This document shows, piece by piece, positions 13,546 to 20,524 of a stretch of 42,127 nt of DNA. Origin of the DNA: an uncultured Acidimicrobiia bacterium (GTDB taxonomy: Bacteria > Actinomycetota > Acidimicrobiia > Spongiisociales > UBA4744). The notes below the pieces were generated by a model. The model saw nothing but the letters and a program-made list of their open reading frames with translations, had not been told where the DNA came from and did no database searches. The stretch lies in NCBI GenBank assembly GCA_964633745.1, contig CAZWHZ010000005.1, forward strand, positions 1-42,127. Direction: 5' to 3'. The position numbers were made by a program, and so were the translations under genes. Within the stretch, counting starts at the first letter, position 1; each line of letters opens with the position of its first letter.

Positions 13546-14885
13546 CGATCCTCCCTCACCGCCGCCTTCGCCGCCTCGACCAGCTCGGCAACGGAGGCGT
13601 CGTCGGAGGCTTCGGCGTTCAGGCGAAGGACCGGTTCCGTATTCGATGGCCGGAGGTTGAACCACCGGTCCGACCACTTCACCGTCAATCCGTCCAGACG
13701 GTCCTGTGTCGCATCGGCGAACGCCATCGCGACGCGTTCGATCGCGGCTGCCTGATCATCGACATCGAGGTTGATCTCTCCCGATGCCGCGTAGGGCTCG
13801 AAATCGGCACGGATCTCCGACAGCGACCGGCCATCCTCAGACATCACCTGAAGCAGCACGAGCATGGCGAGCGTCCCGGAATCCGCTCGGAAGTTGTCCC
13901 GGAAGTAGTAGTGACCAGAGTGCTCTCCGCCGAATGCGGCACCCGTGTCGGCCATGACCTGTTTGATGAACGAGTGACCCACCCTCGTTCGCACCGGTGT
14001 CCCCCCGGCGTCTCTCACCAACTCGGGGACTGCCCGACTGACGATGAGGTTGTGCACGATGGCGGCACCAGGCTCTCGACCCAGGAACCACTTCGCGATG
14101 AGGGCAGTCGTCGTGCTTCCGGAGAGCGGCCGAGACGTCCCGTCGACAAAGAATGCTCTATCGGCATCCCCGTCGAACGCAACCCCCAGATCTGGCTGCT
14201 CCGTGCGAATCGCAGCTTCGAGATCACGGAGATTCTCCGGCTTGAGTGGGTCGGCAGGATGGTTCGGGAAGGTACCGTCCGGTTCTAGGAAGAGAGGAAT
14301 CAACTCGGCACGAAGCCGTTCGAAAACCGCAGGGAGGGCGACACCCGCCATCCCGTTGCCACCGTCTGCAACGACGCGAAGAGGACCGATGCAGGTCGGA
14401 TCGACGATGGACAGCAGGTGGTCGACGTAGCCGGGAATCGGGTCGAAATGGCCAACGGTGCCTTCTGTCTCACCCGCGGGTACGCCCGCCTCTGCGAGGT
14501 CGCGAATGTCGAAAAGTCCAGACTCGATGCCGATTGGCGCAGCCCCACTCCGACAGAACTTGAGACCGTTCCACTCCGGTGGATTGTGCGACGCCGTGAC
14601 CATCACACCGGGAACATCGTGACTGCCCGACACGAAGTACAGCGTGTCGGTTGCCACTTCGCCGATGTCCAGTACATTCACCCCCTGACTTGTCACCCCC
14701 GACGTGAAGGCGTCCGCCAGCAACGGGGATGATGCCCGGCAGTCGCGGCCGAGAGCGACACCTGGAGAGTTGACAAAGCGAGCGAACGCGGCTCCGATCC
14801 GGAACGCAACCTCTTCGTCGAGTGCGCCGGTGTCGGTACGCCCGCGCACGTCGTATGCCTTGAAGATGGGGTGAAGGTCGCGCAT
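13542..14885 (-). CDS. manB: Phosphomannomutase/phosphoglucomutase
   Basis: IFKAYDVRG, TASHNP (catalytic Ser), FDGDADR (metal loop), GEHSGHYY, RPSNTEPVLR. Confidence 0.95.
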   Translation of the reverse strand: MRDLHPIFKAYDVRGRTDTGALDEEVAFRIGAAFARFVNSPGVALGRDCRASSPLLADAFTSGVTSQGVNVLDIGEVATDTLYFVSGSHDVPGVMVTASHNPPEWNGLKFCRSGAAPIGIESGLFDIRDLAEAGVPAGETEGTVGHFDPIPGYVDHLLSIVDPTCIGPLRVVADGGNGMAGVALPAVFERLRAELIPLFLEPDGTFPNHPADPLKPENLRDLEAAIRTEQPDLGVAFDGDADRAFFVDGTSRPLSGSTTTALIAKWFLGREPGAAIVHNLIVSRAVPELVRDAGGTPVRTRVGHSFIKQVMADTGAAFGGEHSGHYYFRDNFRADSGTLAMLVLLQVMSEDGRSLSEIRADFEPYAASGEINLDVDDQAAAIERVAMAFADATQDRLDGLTVKWSDRWFNLRPSNTEPVLRLNAEASDDASVAELVEAAKAAVREDR

Positions 14886-14892
14886 CGCACAC

Positions 14893-14898
14893 ATTGTA
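14893..14898 (-). promoter_or_regulatory. Putative -10 hexamer TACAAT of a leaderless manB transcript
   Basis: TACAAT lies 7 nt before ATG 14885 and no SD is present. Confidence 0.6.
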
Positions 14899-14901
14899 GG
14901 A

Positions 14902-15030
14902 GGCTCGCTCCGCGAGCCGTCATCAGTCTTCGGTCTTCAGTCTTCGGTCTTCAGTCTTCAGCCTCGAACCGCGGACCGTCACTCCCGACGAACAGGCAGC
15001 TGAGGACCGACGACTGACGACTCGAGACTC
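14902..15030. repeat. Intergenic hairpin + inverted heptamer-array element, copy 2
   Basis: Hairpin GGCTCGC-TCC-GCGAGCC (14902-14918). Left arm CAGTCTT CGGTCTT CAGTCTT CGGTCTT CAGTCTT (14924-14958). Right arm AGGACCG ACGACTG ACGACTC GAGACTC (15003-15030), an imperfect reverse complement. Confidence 0.85.
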
Positions 15031-15053
15031 GGAGCCCCTAGACTCCCCGTGCT

Positions 15054-15752
15054 TTGGACACCTCTATCTCCGTCGTGATGCCCGCCTACCAACTCGGTGC
15101 CTCCATCCGGGACAACGTCCTGCGGGTGGCCTCTGTTCTGGAGAGCATGCCAGGTTCCGAGATAATCGTTGTCGACGACGGCAGCGCAGACGAGACATTC
15201 GCCCAGGCGACTGCCGCCGACGCCGCCCTGGTCCTTCGACATGACGTGAACCTCGGCAAAGGTGCGGCGTCGAGAACGGGTGCAATGGCGGCAACGACCC
15301 CGGTCGTGGTGTTTCTCGACGGTGATCTCGATCTTCCGCCGGAGCAGTTGCCAGATGTGGTCGACATCTTCCTGGAACGTGATCTGGATGTGCTCGTCGG
15401 GACGAAACGGTACGGGATGAGTGGGGGACGGTACCCGCTCAAGCGAAAGCTTCTCAGTGCCGTCTTCCGGATCGTCACGCGTGTTCTGTTCCGTCTCAAT
15501 GTGAGTGAGACGCAGACCGGGCTCAAGGTGTTCACGCGTGAACTCGCCCAGTCGGTACTCCCGGATCTGAGAGTAACGCGCTACGCGTTCGACTTGGAAT
15601 TGCTCGTTCGATCCCAGCGTCGAGGCGCACGTATCGGGGAAATCCCCGTCGCGCTTCGCGTCGGTGCCTCATCGTCGCCGCTGTCGGTCTCGACGTTGTG
15701 GGAAATGGGCAGGGACACCCTACGAATCTTCTGGTGGTCGCTGCGGTCCTAG
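15054..15752 (+). CDS. Glycosyltransferase family 2 (polyprenol-phosphate sugar synthase-like)
   Basis: SVVMPAY, IIVVDDGSADET, NLGKGAA, FLDGDLD, ETQTGLKVF and YAFDLELL motifs. Confidence 0.9.
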   Translation: MDTSISVVMPAYQLGASIRDNVLRVASVLESMPGSEIIVVDDGSADETFAQATAADAALVLRHDVNLGKGAASRTGAMAATTPVVVFLDGDLDLPPEQLPDVVDIFLERDLDVLVGTKRYGMSGGRYPLKRKLLSAVFRIVTRVLFRLNVSETQTGLKVFTRELAQSVLPDLRVTRYAFDLELLVRSQRRGARIGEIPVALRVGASSSPLSVSTLWEMGRDTLRIFWWSLRS

Positions 15753-16217
15753 CTACTCGACCGAAACAGAGCCACGTTCCTCAGACCGGAGCGCCTTCCC
15801 GAACACCACGTCGCGATACCCCGCGAACTTGGGAATGAGAATGAGCGCTGTTGCAACGACCTTGGCGAGGTTCGCTTGGAAGAGATCGAGATCACCGAAG
15901 ATCGCCTCGGCACCGCTGACGATCGCGACGGTCACTCCCCATGCGGCGAGGTTCACGACATAGAACCACATCGTCTCGCGAACGGAACCACCGCCGGCGC
16001 TGAGTCGAAACGTCCATCTCCGATTGAGCACATATGAGAGCGCCGTCGCAATGGTGAAGGCAATGGTGACCGACCAGAAGAGCGAGAAGTGGACCCACCC
16101 GTAGCCGACATTGAAGAGCGCGAAGTCGACGACGGTATTGAGGCCCCCGATGAAGGCCAGTCTGATGAACTGGCCGGCCGCTTCCTTTGTGAGGAAGCTC
16201 CGAAGGTAGTTTCTCAT
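15753..16217 (-). CDS. GtrA-family membrane protein (putative lipid-linked sugar flippase)
   Basis: QFIRLAFIGGLNTVVDF...SYVLNRRWTF; about four hydrophobic segments in 154 aa. Confidence 0.88.
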   Translation of the reverse strand: MRNYLRSFLTKEAAGQFIRLAFIGGLNTVVDFALFNVGYGWVHFSLFWSVTIAFTIATALSYVLNRRWTFRLSAGGGSVRETMWFYVVNLAAWGVTVAIVSGAEAIFGDLDLFQANLAKVVATALILIPKFAGYRDVVFGKALRSEERGSVSVE

Positions 16218-18529
16218 CGCGTCGCTTTCAGACGTCCGTATGCACCGAATCCGGCGAGGAGCAGCAGTGTGATGATCGTGATCACGTTCGCTGTCTTTTC
16301 GACAAGTGACGCATGGAACTGAAGCACAACGTCTTCCTGCGTCGGAACCACCACCATCGTCGATGGAGCAGCCCTGTAGGGACCCTCTGCACCGGTGGCG
16401 TTCCAGTCGGGGAAGTAGGACACCTTGATCATGTGCGGTACACCGACTGCGGTCGTGTGAAACGAGATGTGATCGTTCGTGAGTTCGATGTCCGAGACCA
16501 CCCCCGTATCGGGTTCAGGGATCGCTGACGGCGTGATGTCCTCTCCGACCCGTGGCCAGTCGGATGGCCCGTCGGCGACGAGCCATTTGTCGAGTTGGTC
16601 TATGTTGTCGTACCAGTCGAGGGTCGCCTGGGTGAAGTCGCCGCCGTCGTACACGGAAGGGACATACGTCGCCACATCGACAAGAGACGACTCAGGGAGT
16701 TCGAAGATGGCGAACGGCCCGGAGTCGGTGAGGTGGCGAAGCTCGGGCGTGTCCATCGCCTTCTGTTTCGCCTCGTCGGTGTAGGTGACGTAGTAGCGGA
16801 TGTCATACAAGGCCAGGTGCGCCAGACCCCGTTCGAAGTCGAATCGGTGGTAACGAAGCCCGGGTATGGGACTCGACGGCGCGAAGCTCATTTCGGCCTG
16901 GTTCAGGAAGTGAAACGACGTTGTCAGCGACGACTCGAAGAACAGTCCCTCCATAGTGGGATCCCTCTCGTCGGTCCAGTATGGAATCAGCATGAGCGCC
17001 ATCGGCGTCCCGTACTTGTTCTGATCTTTGTTGTACTCCCACTGGACTCGGCCCTGTGGGAGCTCATCGAGCGCTGCCATGAGCGCGAAGTATTCGGTGG
17101 CATCGGCCTTGCCCTCGTACCCCGTGTAGTTCCACTGCACCCAGCCGGGGATGAACGACATCCCCGAGAGCGCTGCAGCGATGACGATGAACGCGCCTCC
17201 GATAGGGAGAACCGTTCCGGTCGATACCTGTTTCGGAAGCGCAAACGTTGCCGCGAGGGCAGACGCGCCGATCCCGATCGTGACCCACCCGGAAATGGCG
17301 CCGAACACCACGCTGTCCGAGACGAAGAACGGAATAGCTGTTCCGATCACAATCAGACCTCTGACCCAAACGGCACCCATGTTCCTCGGCAGGTAGCGGG
17401 CGAGCCACTTCAGCGCGACTCCCAACGCGATCCCTGCGAACACCCACACGCCGAAGTAGAAGAACGGTAAGAACCGACCGTTCCAGAGCTTCCCCTGGAT
17501 CTGGTGGAAGTGCTCAGGGAGCCAGTCCGGGATCGCCTGGATCAGCCAGTAGTAGATCACCGGGATGATGGTCAGGACGATGAACGGGGTGCTCCTGGAC
17601 GATCGCCGCGCGGCGATCACCAAGCCGAACACGGCAGGAACAAGCAGCATCCAGAGTTCTTCGGGGAGTACGTTCTTCCAACCGGTGAGCGGTACCCACG
17701 ACATGTCGGAAGAGAACGCGATCCGACTGAGTAGAGGAATCGCCCAGAACGCTGCGACCCCAAACCCGATCGCCCATGTCGACGCGACTTTCCTCGCACC
17801 GCCCTTCCATCGCATCACCACAAGCGACGCCAGGATCGCGGCGAGCGTGGTGATGAGGTGGGTGAGAGCAGTCAGCCCGAGGATGAAACCGGCGAGGGCC
17901 ACCCTTCGCCGATCGTCGCGAACCGCCTGAATGAGGAGCGCGAGGTAGATCACGACGAACGCAAACGACCAGGAGAACGAGTACTCCCCGGCAAGCGTCG
18001 ATGGGATGTTGCCTCCGTAGATGGAGAAACTCTCCATGAACACGAACGCGCCACCCGCTGCCCCGGCGACTGTCGACGTCAACCTCGAGAATCCCATCGT
18101 TCTCACCAGGAAGTAGGTCGCGGGAGGAAGCGCGAGGAGCCCGAGGACGGTGATGAGTTTGAAGGCGACCCCGTACGGGAGCAGCACGTCGAGCAGCACT
18201 GTCGCGATTGCCGGAAGGGGGAAGTAGAAGTAGAGGAACGGGAAGCCGGCGAACCAGTCGTTGCTCCATCCGAGAATGCGACCCTCGGGCAACAGCATGT
18301 CGCGCAAGTACGCGGGAACGGCGGCGTGCGCTCCCATGTCGCCTCCGGTGGGCGTGTTGGCCCGCAGGAGGAGCGGGGGGTTCATCACCACGAGGATCGC
18401 CACAACGGCGATCCCTACGCCGACGGCAGCAACCCAGAGAGGTGTTGAGTCGTGCTGGTGTTCTGGCCTCTCAGGAGGGACGTTTTCGCGCGAGGTCGAG
18501 AACCTCAGCCAGGGGAAGCTGTTCGCCAT
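16214..18529 (-). CDS. Polytopic membrane protein, PTPS-related/YfhO-like (putative GT-C glycosyltransferase); start uncertain
   Basis: GGDMGAH acidic loop after the first TM, W...WFAGFPFLYFYFPLP, many TMs and a C-terminal domain with KVSYFPDW. Candidate starts are ATG 18529 (overlaps the upstream small gene by 59 nt) or GTG 18403. Confidence 0.75.
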   Translation of the reverse strand: MANSFPWLRFSTSRENVPPERPEHQHDSTPLWVAAVGVGIAVVAILVVMNPPLLLRANTPTGGDMGAHAAVPAYLRDMLLPEGRILGWSNDWFAGFPFLYFYFPLPAIATVLLDVLLPYGVAFKLITVLGLLALPPATYFLVRTMGFSRLTSTVAGAAGGAFVFMESFSIYGGNIPSTLAGEYSFSWSFAFVVIYLALLIQAVRDDRRRVALAGFILGLTALTHLITTLAAILASLVVMRWKGGARKVASTWAIGFGVAAFWAIPLLSRIAFSSDMSWVPLTGWKNVLPEELWMLLVPAVFGLVIAARRSSRSTPFIVLTIIPVIYYWLIQAIPDWLPEHFHQIQGKLWNGRFLPFFYFGVWVFAGIALGVALKWLARYLPRNMGAVWVRGLIVIGTAIPFFVSDSVVFGAISGWVTIGIGASALAATFALPKQVSTGTVLPIGGAFIVIAAALSGMSFIPGWVQWNYTGYEGKADATEYFALMAALDELPQGRVQWEYNKDQNKYGTPMALMLIPYWTDERDPTMEGLFFESSLTTSFHFLNQAEMSFAPSSPIPGLRYHRFDFERGLAHLALYDIRYYVTYTDEAKQKAMDTPELRHLTDSGPFAIFELPESSLVDVATYVPSVYDGGDFTQATLDWYDNIDQLDKWLVADGPSDWPRVGEDITPSAIPEPDTGVVSDIELTNDHISFHTTAVGVPHMIKVSYFPDWNATGAEGPYRAAPSTMVVVPTQEDVVLQFHASLVEKTANVITIITLLLLAGFGAYGRLKATR

Positions 18530-18647
18530 CCTTGTCCCACCATTTCTCTTCACACTTGTGGCACGAGTAGAAATGAACCTCGGTGCCGTCGGGCAACCGA
18601 TGCTCGATTTCTATTACGTCTCGGACTCCACACTTCGGACAGTGCAC
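18471..18647 (-). CDS. Small zinc-ribbon protein (58 aa), not in the ORF track
   Basis: Manual translation: MHCPKCGVRDVIEIEHRLPDGTEVHFYSCHKCEEKWWDKDGEQLPLAEVLDLARKRPS*. Two CxxC pairs, G-rich SD-like run before GTG, and it fills an otherwise empty gap in the operon. Confidence 0.8.
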   Translation of the reverse strand: MHCPKCGVRDVIEIEHRLPDGTEVHFYSCHKCEEKWWDKDGEQLPLAEVLDLARKRPS

Positions 18648-18677
18648 GCCCCACCCCTATGTTGCCGACTTCTGAGT

Positions 18678-18953
18678 TTACCCGAGTTCTGGCTGCTCTT
18701 CGGGCAGTTTGCCAACATAGCGAGTCCTGCGCCTTCCGTTCTCCGTCCAGTATGCGTACCAGTAGGGGCCATGTGGACATCGCGTGCAGGTGGGTTTGCC
18801 GCACCGAACCCACTGCCGGCGCAGACTCACCTCCTCACCCGGCGCGACCTCGCCCGCGGACTCGAGACGGGCACGGGCCAGAATCACAAGACGTTGAAGC
18901 TCGTGAGTATCGAGCTCCCTCACCGCGTCCAGCAGATCGCGGTCAATGGCCAC
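18678..18953 (-). CDS. Small Cys/His protein resembling DUF6788 (91 aa)
   Basis: RCGKPTCTRCPHGPYWYAYWTENGRRRTRYVGK motif. GTG start overlaps the upstream TAG (TAGTG). Confidence 0.75.
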   Translation of the reverse strand: MAIDRDLLDAVRELDTHELQRLVILARARLESAGEVAPGEEVSLRRQWVRCGKPTCTRCPHGPYWYAYWTENGRRRTRYVGKLPEEQPELG

Positions 18954-19174
18954 TACGCCACTTCGAGGGGAGCAAACAGGCGGACTGCCGTTCGTTGGTC
19001 CGTCAGCGTCCACCCAAGAGGTGGGGTGAGACGGTCGGCATGGGCTGCACACAGCGAGTACCCGGTGCCTGGTTCGACGATACGCGGATCGTCAACCCAC
19101 ACCTCTCTCGTCTCGTAGTCGTAGGACATGACGGCTGCCGCTGGAGACCCGCAGCGCACACAAGCAATGAACAT
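18953..19174 (-). CDS. DUF3499-family protein (73 aa)
   Basis: CVRC...AAAVMSYDY...YSLCAAHADRLTPPLGW pattern. Expected position between DUF5719 and manB. TAGCGT -10 lies 7 nt upstream of the ATG. Confidence 0.82.
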   Translation of the reverse strand: MFIACVRCGSPAAAVMSYDYETREVWVDDPRIVEPGTGYSLCAAHADRLTPPLGWTLTDQRTAVRLFAPLEVA

Positions 19175-19216
19175 GTGGGCCACGCTACCGTCGGCGCCGA
19201 GGCCGACCAAGGATCG

Positions 19217-20524
19217 TCATGGGATTGGCACACCAGGAGCAAACCCGACCGCGGTGCCCACTTCGCTGCTCCACATGATGCTGACCGGAACATTCGACTC
19301 GACCTCGAGTCCGGTCGCCGTCACCGGCAAGCCGGCCACCGCGAGCACCGTGGCGGGGGGCACCGCCACCTTGTCGACGTCTCCTGATGCACCGCTCGCG
19401 TCGACAAGACGGTACGTGACCGTCGCGGTGTCGGTTCCTGAGTTCATGATCCAGAGTCGCCTGGTGCCGATGATCCCGAATCCGGGAAGCATCCAGTGGG
19501 TTCGGGGCTCAGCGACGCCTGCAGTCGCGGCAACCCTGGTTCCATCTTCAGAGATGACCGTGGCGGCAACCGGCCCGCTGGTCGTCAGCCGAATTCCAAA
19601 TGGTGCTTCGGCAAGATCACCGACTTGTAGCGCAAGAGGTGTGCTGCCATCCAGTGTCCCCGTCACGGCAGCGCTCTGAACACCCGTCGAGGTGTAGATA
19701 TCGACCTGATAGTCGACAGCGTCCGCTGTGTCATTCGACACGAAGAGGGTGGCGCTCATTCCTCCAAGGTTCACGATCGGGAAGTCCCATTGCTCGGCCT
19801 GGCCCTCGTTTGTCCACACGCCCACGTCGGTTCCCTCGCCGAACACCATCACTGGAGTGAGCGCTCCCTGTTTCATATCGACCGCTACGGAGAGGCTCTC
19901 CCGAAGGGGCAGCAGTGCAGCCAGGTCGATGACCTTCCAGCTCCGTCCCGTGACCGTCACGGCCTCGAGATCGGTCAACGGCTCTTGCCCGACCTCACTC
20001 TTGGCCGAGATCGATGCCCTCGCGTCCTCGGAGAACGGATTGAACAGCACCAACCGGAGCGATTGGCCATCGAGCGTCGAACCGCCCGGAAGGTGCCATA
20101 TCTTCGAGGATGAGGAAGGGCACGTGTCTATTGCAAGAACCCCCTCGCCGGTTTCGACGATTCCAGCGGCGGAGGGGCTCGATGAGAACTCCACCACTGC
20201 GGGGTCGAGTCCCTGATTGAGTACGGAAGCCAGTGACAGCGCCGTGGCGGCGGAGGCTCCCTGGGTCTCCTCTCTGGTCTCGCCTGTCTCTCCGTTTACG
20301 GGGAACGTGAACCTGACATCGGCCGGGTCGCCCGATTGCGCCACGATGTACGTGTCGACGACGGAGTCCGAGTAGACCCAGGGGCACGTCGAGTGGCTTG
20401 GGGTTGACGCCACCGCAGTCGTCGTGGATGTCGTTGATGATGTCGTCTCAACGCGGGGAGCAGGAAGCGCCCACGCAAGTCCGCCAAGCACCAAGACAAG
20501 GACCAGGGTGAGCAGACGTTTCAT
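19217..20524 (-). CDS. Secreted protein, DUF5719-like
   Basis: Signal peptide, Thr-rich linker, repeated beta-rich modules (LVLFNPFSEDA, LWIMNSG). Coupled to the upstream GT2 as in other actinobacteria. Confidence 0.72.
   Translation of the reverse strand: MKRLLTLVLVLVLGGLAWALPAPRVETTSSTTSTTTAVASTPSHSTCPWVYSDSVVDTYIVAQSGDPADVRFTFPVNGETGETREETQGASAATALSLASVLNQGLDPAVVEFSSSPSAAGIVETGEGVLAIDTCPSSSSKIWHLPGGSTLDGQSLRLVLFNPFSEDARASISAKSEVGQEPLTDLEAVTVTGRSWKVIDLAALLPLRESLSVAVDMKQGALTPVMVFGEGTDVGVWTNEGQAEQWDFPIVNLGGMSATLFVSNDTADAVDYQVDIYTSTGVQSAAVTGTLDGSTPLALQVGDLAEAPFGIRLTTSGPVAATVISEDGTRVAATAGVAEPRTHWMLPGFGIIGTRRLWIMNSGTDTATVTYRLVDASGASGDVDKVAVPPATVLAVAGLPVTATGLEVESNVPVSIMWSSEVGTAVGFAPGVPIP

Noticed and set aside
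14924-15030. Heptamer arrays as a CRISPR array
   Set aside because: Units are 7 nt and contiguous, with no 23-50 nt repeats separated by unique spacers and no cas genes.
18678-18953. Insertion sequence around the DUF6788-like ORF
   Set aside because: No transposase, terminal inverted repeats or target duplication; the ORF is translationally coupled to a conserved core gene.
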